NCBI GenBank assembly: GCA_963752475.1
Contig: CAVVYR010000007.1
Span: forward strand, 576,001 to 640,000
DNA length: 64,000 nucleotides
Source of the DNA: an uncultured Chloroflexia bacterium
GTDB lineage: Bacteria; Chloroflexota; Limnocylindria; Limnocylindrales; CSP1-4
Direction: 5' to 3'
Shown: piece by piece, positions 1-9,098 of the stretch
Position numbering within the stretch: the first letter of the stretch is position 1
Layout: each line of letters opens with the position of its first letter
Position numbers and translations under genes: made by a program
The notes under the pieces: generated by a model
Database searches by the model: none
The model's input: only the letters and a program-made list of their open reading frames with translations
What the model was told of the DNA's origin: nothing

Positions 1-8
1 GAAGCGCC

Positions 9-1043
9 GTGGTCGCTGAGGGCATGCGTTCGCTGCTGCCCGCTGATCTGGCGGCCGTGCCGGCAGTAGTGCCGAACGCAATGCTGGCGGGCACTCGCGT
101 GCTCACGACCGGCCACGAGAACCCGGATGCGGATGCCGTCGGTTCGGCGCTGGGCATCGCGCTCGCGCTGGAGTCGCTGGGGGCTCAGGTCGAGACCGTC
201 TTCGCCGACCCGGTGCCCGCGATGTACGACTTCATGCCCGGTATCGAGCGAGCCCGCACATCGGTCAGCGCGAGCCTGGACCCCGATCTCATCGTCGTGT
301 GCGATGGCGACCTTTCGCGGACCGGAGCCGTGCTGCAGGAGAACGCGGAGCTCTTTGGGCGCGTGCCCATCGTGAACATCGATCACCACGTCTCCAACAG
401 CGGCGAGCACGGCGTTGCCTGGGTCGATGCCGATGCGGCGGCAACCTGCGAGCAGGCCACGCTGCTGCTGCCGGCGCTCGGGCTCGGGTTCGACGCCGCC
501 GGTGGCGACATCGTGCAGCTGCTGACCGCGGGCCTCGTCTTCGACACTGCCAACTTCGCCCACTCCAACACGACCCCGCGCACGCTGCGCGTGGCCTCCG
601 AGCTGGTCGCCGCCGGGGCCGACCTGCCGATGATCGCCCGACGCATCTACCGCACCAAGCCGAACGCGCAGCTCAAGCTCTTCGGGCGCGTGCTCTCGCG
701 CCTCGAGACCTCCGTCGATGACCGGGTGACCTGGTCGGTCGTGACGCTCGACGACTTCGCCCGAGCCGGCGCGACGCAGGAGCAAGCCGAGGGCCTCATC
801 GACTTGCTGGGGCAGTCGGCCGGCGCGGACATGGCGATCTTGTTCAAGGATCTCGGTGATGGCGTGCGCATCTCCATCCGTACCCGTGATGGCGGTGTCG
901 ACGCCACACGGCTCGCGGGCGCCTTCGGGGGTGGCGGGCATGCACGGGCGGCGGGCGCCAGCCATGAAGGTCCGTTGGAGGACGCCCGTGAGGCGGTCCT
1001 GGGCCTGGCGGAGCAGTTGCTCGACGAGCTTCCCGCTACCTGA
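9..1043 (+). CDS. nrnA: DHH/DHHA1 phosphoesterase (NrnA-like nanoRNase/pAp phosphatase); start may lie outside the window
   Basis: HENPDADAVGS, NIDHH and C-terminal GGGGHARAAG motifs; directly upstream of truB. Confidence 0.88.
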   Translation: MVAEGMRSLLPADLAAVPAVVPNAMLAGTRVLTTGHENPDADAVGSALGIALALESLGAQVETVFADPVPAMYDFMPGIERARTSVSASLDPDLIVVCDGDLSRTGAVLQENAELFGRVPIVNIDHHVSNSGEHGVAWVDADAAATCEQATLLLPALGLGFDAAGGDIVQLLTAGLVFDTANFAHSNTTPRTLRVASELVAAGADLPMIARRIYRTKPNAQLKLFGRVLSRLETSVDDRVTWSVVTLDDFARAGATQEQAEGLIDLLGQSAGADMAILFKDLGDGVRISIRTRDGGVDATRLAGAFGGGGHARAAGASHEGPLEDAREAVLGLAEQLLDELPAT

Positions 1044-2017
1044 TGGGACGTCGCCGCCGCGATGACGGCCCGCGCATCGACGGCATCCTCGTCGTCTCGA
1101 AGCCGGCCGGGCCGACCTCTCACGACATCATCGACACCGTCCGTCGCCTGACCGGCGTCCGGCGCGTGGGTCACGGCGGGACGCTCGATCCGTTCGCCAT
1201 GGGTGTGCTGCCGGTGTTCATCGGCAGGGCCACACGTATGGTCGACTACCACCGCTTCGACTCCAAGGCCTACCGCGCCTCGGTCGTCTTCGGGGCCGGC
1301 TCGAGCACCGATGACATCGACGGCGAGATGACGCCGGGTGAGGCTCCCGTGCCCGACCGGGCTACGGTCGAGGATGCCCTCCCCGCCTTCCGCGGCGAGA
1401 TCGAGCAGATCCCGCCGGATCACTCGGCGGTCCACGTCGGCGGCAAACGAGCCTATGAGCTGGCACGGGGAGGGGAGAAACCCGAGCTCAAGCCTCGAAA
1501 CGTGACCATCCACTCGTTGGAGCTGACCGAATGGGACACGGCTGATGTCGATCGCCCGATGGCCGTGCTCGACGTCAACTGCAGCGCCGGCACCTATGTC
1601 CGCTCGATCGCCCGTGACCTCGGCCGGCAGCTCGGGTGCGGTGCCTATCTGGGGGCGCTCACGCGCACGGCCAGTGGTCCGTTCGAGCTGGGGTCCGCGC
1701 ACTCCCTGGAGCATGTCCGAGCCGAGCTTGCGGCCGGCAACCTTGAGTCGTTGCTGCTCTCAGCCGATGCCGGTCTCGATCACATCCCGATGGTGTGCAT
1801 CCCCGACTCCGATCGTGAGGCCATCGCCCGCGGCCAGATCATCCGCGTCCGCGGCGAGGTATCCGGTCCGGTCGACCCGGCGGTCGTCCTCGAGAGCGCC
1901 GAAGTGGTACGCGTGCTCGATGGGCGTGGATCGCTTGCAGCGATGGCCCATGTGGCCAAGGGTCGGCTATACCCTGACAAGGTCTTCATCACCCCGGAGG
2001 ACCTCAAGGAAGCATGA
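1043..2017 (+). CDS. truB: tRNA pseudouridine(55) synthase
   Basis: KPAGPTSHD, GHGGTLDPFAMGVL, CSAGTYVRS motifs. Confidence 0.96.
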   Translation: MGRRRRDDGPRIDGILVVSKPAGPTSHDIIDTVRRLTGVRRVGHGGTLDPFAMGVLPVFIGRATRMVDYHRFDSKAYRASVVFGAGSSTDDIDGEMTPGEAPVPDRATVEDALPAFRGEIEQIPPDHSAVHVGGKRAYELARGGEKPELKPRNVTIHSLELTEWDTADVDRPMAVLDVNCSAGTYVRSIARDLGRQLGCGAYLGALTRTASGPFELGSAHSLEHVRAELAAGNLESLLLSADAGLDHIPMVCIPDSDREAIARGQIIRVRGEVSGPVDPAVVLESAEVVRVLDGRGSLAAMAHVAKGRLYPDKVFITPEDLKEA

Positions 2018-2967
2018 TCGACTACGTCCGTGGCATCGACCGGCTGCCCAAGGACACCCGTCTGGCGGTCACCATCGGCGTCTTCGATGGCGTGCACCGC
2101 GGCCACCAGCAGGTCTTCAAGGTGCTGGAGGAGACCGCGCGCCGCGTCGGGGCCATGCCCGTGGCCGTGACCTTCGATCCCCATCCGGATGCGGTCGTGG
2201 CCGGCCAGGCGCCGGACATGCTCATGGATCGCCGCGAACGCATCGAACGCATCAGTCGCCTCATCGGTGGCTACGTCGTATTGCAGACCTTCGACGAGGT
2301 CTTCCGGCGTACCACGGCCGAGGAGTTCGTGGAGCGCATCGGTGGCGGCCGCAACCTGGCGGCGCTGGTGATGACGCGCGTCTCGGCTTTCGGGCGGGAC
2401 CGTGCCGGCACCGTCCCGGTGTTGCGCGAGATGGCCAAGACGGCCGACTGGGAGCTCGTCGAAGCGCCGACGCTCGACTCGGGTGGAGCGCGGGTATCGA
2501 GTGCCCGTACCCGTCAGCTGGTGGCCGAGGGCCAGCTGCAGACGGCCAGAGAGCTGCTCGGGCGGCCGTTCGCGCTGGTGGGCTCGGTGGTGCACGGTGA
2601 GCAGCGTGGCCGCGAGCTGGGCTTTCCCACGGCCAACCTCGACTTCGGTCAGCCGGTGGCGCTACCGCCAGATGGCATCTATGCCGCCCGTGCATCATGG
2701 GGCGGCCCGGCCGTGCTCGATCCCTTCGACATGGCCGACGCTGTCATCTCGCTCGGTACCCAGCCGACCTTCGGTGGCCGGGTGCGGCTGATGGAGGTCC
2801 ACCTCCTCGACCGCGACGAAGATCTCTACGGTAAGCGCATGCGCGTGCAGTTCTGCACCTTCATCCGCGGCCAGCGGCGCTACGACTCGGTCGACGAGCT
2901 CATCGTGCAGATGGGCCACGACGTCGACCGCGCCCGCAAGAAGCTCGACGCCTGCGAGGCCTGCTGA
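2014..2967 (+). CDS. ribF: Bifunctional riboflavin kinase/FAD synthetase
   Basis: IGVFDGVHRGHQ, GRELGFPTAN, EVHLLD; ATGA overlap with truB. Confidence 0.95.
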   Translation: MIDYVRGIDRLPKDTRLAVTIGVFDGVHRGHQQVFKVLEETARRVGAMPVAVTFDPHPDAVVAGQAPDMLMDRRERIERISRLIGGYVVLQTFDEVFRRTTAEEFVERIGGGRNLAALVMTRVSAFGRDRAGTVPVLREMAKTADWELVEAPTLDSGGARVSSARTRQLVAEGQLQTARELLGRPFALVGSVVHGEQRGRELGFPTANLDFGQPVALPPDGIYAARASWGGPAVLDPFDMADAVISLGTQPTFGGRVRLMEVHLLDRDEDLYGKRMRVQFCTFIRGQRRYDSVDELIVQMGHDVDRARKKLDACEAC

Positions 2968-3007
2968 GCCGCTGGATCACGACCTATCCGCGAGGGGACC
3001 GGACCGG

Positions 3008-3892
3008 CTAGACGAGGCGCGCCTGCAGTACGCGACAGACGAGGCGGGCGAGTGCCGTCGCCGAGGTCCCGTCAGGGTCACGCTCGGGCTCGAACTCGGT
3101 CACGACCATGCCCTCGAGGGAACCACGAGCGGCTAGGGCGACGAAGAGGTCGCCCAACACATCCACGCCGGGTCCGCCGGCAACGGGCGCACGCACAGCC
3201 GGGATGTCGGCCGGGTTCGTGCCGTCCACGTCGTAGACGATGACGAAGCGCTCACCCTCGACGAGGCGACCCGCGACCGCCTCCAGCCCGTCTCGCGCCA
3301 GTTCGCGCGCTCGGACGATGACGTTGCCGGCCTCGATCGTGTCCTGCACATCCGCGGGCCGGGCCGAGCCGACGCCGCGCTGGCCGACGTGGACGATGCG
3401 CCGCACCCAGCTCATCTCGCTCGCCCGACGCATGGGGCTGCTATAGCCGTGTGACTCGCCACCGACCTCATCGCGGAAGTCGAGGTGGGCATCGATCTGC
3501 ACGACCGTCACCGGACCATGATCACGCCAGCCGGCCACGAACGGCTCCGCCACCGAGTCGTCCCCGCCGAGGAGCAGCGGCATCGCTCCCTGGTTCACGA
3601 CCGAACTCACCGCGGTCGTGATGCGACGGCGGTTGCCCTCGGCATCGGCGCGAACGGTGTTGATATCGCCGCCATCGCCGACCAGCCGACGCCATGAGGC
3701 AAAGGGTCCATCGATATCGAAGTCGTAGTTGCCGGTGAAGAGTGCCAGTCGCCATGTCGCCGCCCGGAGCGCAGACGGGCCTTCGCTCGCGTGAGGATGT
3801 CGGTCTGGGTAGACCGTCGCCATCGCGGCTCCCAGTACCACCGCTTCACTCGATGTGGTGGGCGCTCCGACGCCCATGAACGTCTCAGTCAT
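3008..3892 (-). CDS. hutG: Arginase/ureohydrolase-family protein, probable formimidoylglutamase
   Basis: GGDDS, DAHLD, DVD metal-binding motifs; last gene of the hutU-hutH-hutI cluster; start set at MTETF overlapping the hutI stop. Confidence 0.65.
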   Translation of the reverse strand: MTETFMGVGAPTTSSEAVVLGAAMATVYPDRHPHASEGPSALRAATWRLALFTGNYDFDIDGPFASWRRLVGDGGDINTVRADAEGNRRRITTAVSSVVNQGAMPLLLGGDDSVAEPFVAGWRDHGPVTVVQIDAHLDFRDEVGGESHGYSSPMRRASEMSWVRRIVHVGQRGVGSARPADVQDTIEAGNVIVRARELARDGLEAVAGRLVEGERFVIVYDVDGTNPADIPAVRAPVAGGPGVDVLGDLFVALAARGSLEGMVVTEFEPERDPDGTSATALARLVCRVLQARLV

Positions 3893-5066
3893 CGGTCTCC
3901 CCTCCGTACCATGTCCACAGTGGCCGAACACCTCCGAGTCGCTGGACGAACGCCCCTTCGTGCTCGGCGTCCCAGGCGACGAGGTCAGCGTACGCCCCCG
4001 GCATGAGCCGTCCGATCTCGCCGTCGAGGCCGAGGGCCCCGGCCCCGCCGGCGGTCGCGGCCCAGACCGCCTCATCGATGGTCAGTCCGAGCACCGTCCC
4101 AAGCCCTACCGCGAGCGGCATCGACGGCTCACCGAAGGTGCCCGCGTTGGCATCGCTGGCCAACGCCACCGTCGCGCCGGCGTCGACCAGCGCCCGTGCC
4201 GGAGGCAGCCCGGCGCCCAGCATCAGGGCCGGTCCCGGGAGCAGCGTGGCCACCGTCGTCGAGTCGGCCAGCACCCGCGCGTCGTCCTCGGTGATCTGCT
4301 CGAGATGGTCGACCGACAACGCGCCCAGCTCGGCACCCAGCAGTGCCGCCCCCGATCGCTGCAACTGGTCGGCATGCAGCTTGAGCGGTAGCCCGTTGGC
4401 AGCGCCGGCTTCGGCGATGGCGCGGGTCCAGCCGAGGTCGAAGATGTCCGGCTCACAGAAGACGTCGATGTGGTCGGCGGCATCGGCCATCTCCGGCAGC
4501 GTCTCGAGGATGGCCTCGTGCTGCGTCTCGGCATCGGACTCGACAGGGATGGCGTGCGCTCCGAGGTGCGTCCGCCGCACACGCATCGGCAGCCCGTCGG
4601 ACGCCACGGCGATGAGGTTGAGCAGACGCAGCTCCTGGGTGGGTTCGAGCCCGTAGCCGGACTTGACCTCGATGGTCGTGGTGCCCCGGGCGAGCGCGGA
4701 CAGCAGACGCAGCCGCGTCTCGCGCACCAGCTCCTCATCGCTGGCCTCGACCGTGGCCTCGACGGTGCGCAGGATGCCGCCGCCGGCATATCGCTGGCCA
4801 CGGGTCCGGGCCGCCGCCTCGTCGCTCCGGTCACCCGCGAAGATGAGGTGCGTGTGCGAGTCGACGAGCCCCGGCGTCACGAGCGCGGTTCCGACATCCT
4901 CGACGATGTCAGGGTCTTCCGGCGCCAGTTCCCCCGGCCTGGTCTCGAGGATCCGCTCGCCCTCGACCACGAGCACCCACGGACCGTCGATGGCACCGGT
5001 CTCGCCCGTTCGCGCGCCGTCCATCGGCAGCAGGCGGCCCCGTCCGATGATCGCGTGCCGGTTCAT
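3885..5066 (-). CDS. hutI: Imidazolonepropionase
   Basis: PGLVDSHTH, TTIEVKSGYGL, KLHADQL, SVDHLE motifs. Confidence 0.93.
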   Translation of the reverse strand: MNRHAIIGRGRLLPMDGARTGETGAIDGPWVLVVEGERILETRPGELAPEDPDIVEDVGTALVTPGLVDSHTHLIFAGDRSDEAAARTRGQRYAGGGILRTVEATVEASDEELVRETRLRLLSALARGTTTIEVKSGYGLEPTQELRLLNLIAVASDGLPMRVRRTHLGAHAIPVESDAETQHEAILETLPEMADAADHIDVFCEPDIFDLGWTRAIAEAGAANGLPLKLHADQLQRSGAALLGAELGALSVDHLEQITEDDARVLADSTTVATLLPGPALMLGAGLPPARALVDAGATVALASDANAGTFGEPSMPLAVGLGTVLGLTIDEAVWAATAGGAGALGLDGEIGRLMPGAYADLVAWDAEHEGAFVQRLGGVRPLWTWYGGETDD

Positions 5067-6676
5067 CGCGGATCCGGTCCCAACCAGGAGGTGCTGACTG
5101 TGGCGGCTGCGCCGGCCAGGTCCACCAGCGCTGCCTCGTGCACGAGCCGATAGGCTGCTTCGAGGTCAGGCCCGGGCTCACGGTCCTCCTCGAGCCGGGC
5201 GATCGTCGCTCGGACCCGCGCGTGGGCTTCTGCCACGCCGACCCCGGGGGTGGTCTCCGGCTGCAAGTCGAGCCGCAGGTCGAGGCCCTGCGATGCGCAG
5301 ATGACTTCGATGGCCACGATGCGCTCCGAGTGCTCAAGCACGGCCATGGCGTTGCGTGCCGCGATGGAGCCCATCGAGACATGGTCCTCCTGGTTGGCCG
5401 AGGTGGGGATCGAGTCGGCCGAGGCGGGGTGCGCCAGCGTCTTCGATTCCGATGCCAGGGCCGCGGCGGTGTACTGCAGGATCATCAACCCGGAGTCCAA
5501 CCCCGACGAAGCACCCAGGAAGGCCGGCAGCCCGTCGTTGAGTCGCGGGTCCAGCAGCAGCGCCACGCGTCGCTCGCTGATGGCACCGATCTCCGCGATG
5601 GCCAGCTTGGCGTAATCGAGCGCGAGAGCGATGGGTTCGCCATGGAAGTTGCCACCGCTGATGACCAGGCCGCGGCCGGTGGCCAATGCGTCCTCGGGCA
5701 CGGCCCCACCCTCGGGGAAGACGAGCGGATTGTCGGTGGCCGAGTTGAGCTCGATGTCGAGGACACGACGGAGGTTGTCGAGCGCATCGCGAGCGGCGCC
5801 ATGGACCTGCGGCACGCACCGCAGGGAGTACGGATCCTGGACACGGTGGTCGTCGCCATGGTGTGCGGTCTGGATGGTCGAGTCGCGCAGGAGCCAGCGC
5901 AGCTCGGCTGCGGTCTGTACCTGGCCCGGGTGTGGGCGGGTCGACTGCAGCGCGGCCGAGTAGGCCACGTCGGTACCACGCAGCGCCTCCACCGAGATGG
6001 CGGCGGCCACGCTGGCGGTGCGCGCCAGGCGGTCGGCTCCGGCCAGCACCAGCGCGCCGATGGCGCCCATCATCTGCGTGCCGTTGAGCAGGGCCAGCCC
6101 TTCCTTGGGCTCCAGCACCAGCGGGTCGAGCCCTGCCGTCATCAGCGCCTGTCGTGCGGGCATGACAGCGCCTTCGACCTCCACCCGGCCCTGACCGATG
6201 ACCGGCAGCGCGAGATGGGCGAGGGGAGCGAGATCACCCGACGCCCCGACGCTGCCCTGCGAGGGCACGACCGGGTGGATGCGCAGTCGCAGCAGCTCCA
6301 GTAGCCGTTCGATGAGCTCGGGTCGGCAGCCGGAGTGGCCGAGGGCCAGCGTGTTGGCACGCAACAGGAGCATCGCGCGCACGACCTCGGTCGGCAGTGG
6401 TTGGCCCACGCCGGCGGCGTGGCTCAGCAGCAGCCGCTCCTGCAACTCCCGGGCGCGCTCGGGTGGCACGAAGGTCGTGGCCAGCGAGCCGAAACCGGTG
6501 GTGACGCCGTAGACGACCTCACCCGAAGCCACCAGTCGCTCGATGACCGCACGGGCCTCGGTCACTCGCCGGCGCGCGCCACCGTCGAGCACGGCATAGC
6601 GTTCTCCGCGCGCGACCGATTCGACGTCGGGGACGGACAGTTCTGCGCCGTTGAGCACGACGGGGGCAGCCGTCAT
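5063..6676 (-). CDS. hutH: Histidine ammonia-lyase
   Basis: [11 protein letters not shown]-forming [28 protein letters not shown]; start MTAAPV overlaps the hutU stop. Confidence 0.96.
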   Translation of the reverse strand: MTAAPVVLNGAELSVPDVESVARGERYAVLDGGARRRVTEARAVIERLVASGEVVYGVTTGFGSLATTFVPPERARELQERLLLSHAAGVGQPLPTEVVRAMLLLRANTLALGHSGCRPELIERLLELLRLRIHPVVPSQGSVGASGDLAPLAHLALPVIGQGRVEVEGAVMPARQALMTAGLDPLVLEPKEGLALLNGTQMMGAIGALVLAGADRLARTASVAAAISVEALRGTDVAYSAALQSTRPHPGQVQTAAELRWLLRDSTIQTAHHGDDHRVQDPYSLRCVPQVHGAARDALDNLRRVLDIELNSATDNPLVFPEGGAVPEDALATGRGLVISGGNFHGEPIALALDYAKLAIAEIGAISERRVALLLDPRLNDGLPAFLGASSGLDSGLMILQYTAAALASESKTLAHPASADSIPTSANQEDHVSMGSIAARNAMAVLEHSERIVAIEVICASQGLDLRLDLQPETTPGVGVAEAHARVRATIARLEEDREPGPDLEAAYRLVHEAALVDLAGAAATVSTSWLGPDPR

Positions 6677-8337
6677 CGTTCGCCCAGCATCGGGATGGCG
6701 ACGCCGCGCTCGCGTGCGACCTCGACCGCCCGTTCGTAGCCGGCGTCGACGTGACGCACGACGCCCATGCCCGGGTCCGTGGTGAGCACGCGCTCCAGCT
6801 TCCGCGCCGCCAGGTCGGTGCCGTCCGCGACGGCGACCATGCCGGCATGCTGGCTGTAGCCGATACCGACGCCGCCACCGTGGTGGATGCTGACCCAGCT
6901 GGCCCCCGCGGCGGTGTTGACGAGCGCGTTGAGCATGGGCCAATCGGCGACTGCGTCCGAGCCGTCCTTCATGGCCTCCGTCTCCCGGTTGGGCGAGGCC
7001 ACGGAGCCTGAATCGAGGTGGTCACGACCGATGACGATGGGTGCGCTCACAGCACCAGAGCCGACGAGGGCGTTGAAGACGCCCCCGGCCAGCCGTCGCT
7101 CCCCGTAGCCGAGCCAGCAGATGCGCGAAGGCAGTCCCTGGAAGGCGACATGGTCCTGGGCCTTGCGGATCCAGCGCGCGAGCGATGCGTCCTCGGGGAA
7201 GAGATCGAGGATGGCCTCGTCGGTGGTGCGGATATCGGCCGGATCTCCCGAGAGCGCGACCCAGCGGAAGGGCCCCTTGCCTTCGCAGAAGAGCGGCCGG
7301 ATGAATGCTGGCACGAAGCCGGGGAAGTCGAAGGCGTTATCGACACCACCGGACTGCGCTTGCGCCCGGATGTTGTTGCCGTAGTCGAAGGTCACCGAGC
7401 CTGCGGCCTGCAGCTCGAGCATCGCACGCACGTGCGCGGCCATCGACCCGACCGAACGACGGGTGTACTCGTCGGGGTCGGCGGCGCGGAGCTCCGCGGC
7501 AGCCTCGAGCGTCAGGCCGGCGGGCACGTAGCCGTTGAGCGCATCGTGGGCCGAGGTCTGATCGGTGACGGCATCGAAGCGCTCGCCACGTCGCACCAGC
7601 TCGGGCTCGACCTCGGCGGCGTTGCCGATGAGCCCGATCGAGAGCGGCTCGCCGGCGGCAGCCGCCGCCCGAGCCCAGCGCAGGGCTTCATCGAGATCGC
7701 CGGTCGAGCGGTCGAGGTAGCGTGTGTCGAGGCGCTTCTGGACGCGCGACCGATCGACCTCGATGCAGAGAGCCACGCCGTCGTTCATCGTCACCGACAG
7801 CGGCTGGGCGCCACCCATGCCGCCGAGGCCGGCCGTGAGCACGACGCGGCCACGCAGCGTGCCACCGAAGTGCTGGCGCGCCAGCTCGGCGAAGGTCTCG
7901 TAGGTGCCCTGAAGGATGCCCTGGCTGCCGATGTAGATCCAGGAGCCGGCGGTCATCTGGCCGTACATCATCAGGCCGGCCCGCTCGAGCTCGCGGAAGT
8001 GCTCCCACGTGGCCCACTTGCCCACGAGGTTGCTGTTGGCGATGAGCACCCGCGGGGCCCACTCGTTGGTGCGGAACACGGCCACGGGCTTGCCGGAGGC
8101 CACCAGCAGCGTCTCGTCGTCCTCGAGCCGGCGCAGTTCGCGCACGATGGCGTCGAAGGCCTCCCACGATCGAGCGGCGCGGCCGGTGCCGCCGTAGACG
8201 ACGAGGTCGTCGGGTCGCTCGGCCACCTCGGGATCGAGGTTGTTCATGAGCATGCGCAGCACCGCTTCCTGCTGCCAGCCACGGCAGCTGAGCTCCGTCC
8301 CGCGAGGGGCCCGGACCGGTCGTGCGCCGCTGCTCAT
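6673..8337 (-). CDS. hutU: Urocanate hydratase
   Basis: [38 protein letters not shown]; AGGAGG SD before ATG at 8337. Confidence 0.97.
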   Translation of the reverse strand: MSSGARPVRAPRGTELSCRGWQQEAVLRMLMNNLDPEVAERPDDLVVYGGTGRAARSWEAFDAIVRELRRLEDDETLLVASGKPVAVFRTNEWAPRVLIANSNLVGKWATWEHFRELERAGLMMYGQMTAGSWIYIGSQGILQGTYETFAELARQHFGGTLRGRVVLTAGLGGMGGAQPLSVTMNDGVALCIEVDRSRVQKRLDTRYLDRSTGDLDEALRWARAAAAAGEPLSIGLIGNAAEVEPELVRRGERFDAVTDQTSAHDALNGYVPAGLTLEAAAELRAADPDEYTRRSVGSMAAHVRAMLELQAAGSVTFDYGNNIRAQAQSGGVDNAFDFPGFVPAFIRPLFCEGKGPFRWVALSGDPADIRTTDEAILDLFPEDASLARWIRKAQDHVAFQGLPSRICWLGYGERRLAGGVFNALVGSGAVSAPIVIGRDHLDSGSVASPNRETEAMKDGSDAVADWPMLNALVNTAAGASWVSIHHGGGVGIGYSQHAGMVAVADGTDLAARKLERVLTTDPGMGVVRHVDAGYERAVEVARERGVAIPMLGER

Positions 8338-8696
8338 CGTGTCGCTGCCTCCTGTCGCCGACAGCGTATCGCGTCGCTTCTCGCGGGGCTTGCCGTAGGC
8401 GAGCCCACCGGATACGGTCCGGCGCCACCCGCACCCCACGGTGACCCGCACCGCGATGTATCCAGGGAGAGCGCTCGAGCGGATCGGCTGGCAGGTGGCT
8501 GGCCGCACCATGGCTTTGCATGCTCGTCGGGAATCGGTCACAATGGTGGGCACGAACCGACGAGCGCCCGCGCATCTTCACTGACCATGCGGCGTTACGC
8601 CGGCTTCTAGTGTGGCTGTAGCACGGCCTATCCTGAGACTGTGTGCTATGCTGCCGCGCGTAACAGACAAGGTATATGGATAGGCTGGAGGACCAG

Positions 8697-8966
8697 TTGC
8701 CGCTTACGCGGGAAACGAAGGCAAGCGTCGTTGCCGACTACGCCACCAAGGAAGGTGACACCGGATCGCCGGAAGTCCAGATCGCGCTCCTGACGGAGCG
8801 GATCGGTGGGCTGACCGAGCATCTCCGACGCTACCCCAAGGATCATCACTCGCGCCGCGGCTTGCTCAAGCTCGTTGGCACGCGACGCCGCCTGCTTGCG
8901 TATCTCATGCGCAAGGACGCTGCCCGCTACCAGACCGTCATCGAACGGCTCGGCCTGCGCCGCTAA
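8697..8966 (+). CDS. rpsO: 30S ribosomal protein S15
   Basis: [23 protein letters not shown]; TTG start behind GGAGG. Confidence 0.97.
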   Translation: MPLTRETKASVVADYATKEGDTGSPEVQIALLTERIGGLTEHLRRYPKDHHSRRGLLKLVGTRRRLLAYLMRKDAARYQTVIERLGLRR

Positions 8967-9098
8967 GGCGAAACGGCCCTGGCGGGCGCGGCCCGCTCGG
9001 TATCGGCACATCGCATACGCCAGAAGACCTCGTGTGAGGTCAGCGTAGACAACAACCCAACGCGCCCCGGTCCGTCGGTCGTCCCCGTTGGAGGACAG

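Noticed and set aside
8386-8406. Guanidine-II riboswitch upstream of hutU
   Set aside because: Only one ACGG-like hairpin is present; the tandem ACGR hairpins are missing.
8625-8686. S15 autoregulatory stem (GGCCTATCC/GGATAGGCT)
   Set aside because: A likely extended -10 (TGcTATGCT at 8644-8652) lies between the arms, so the 5' arm may not be transcribed; too uncertain to call.
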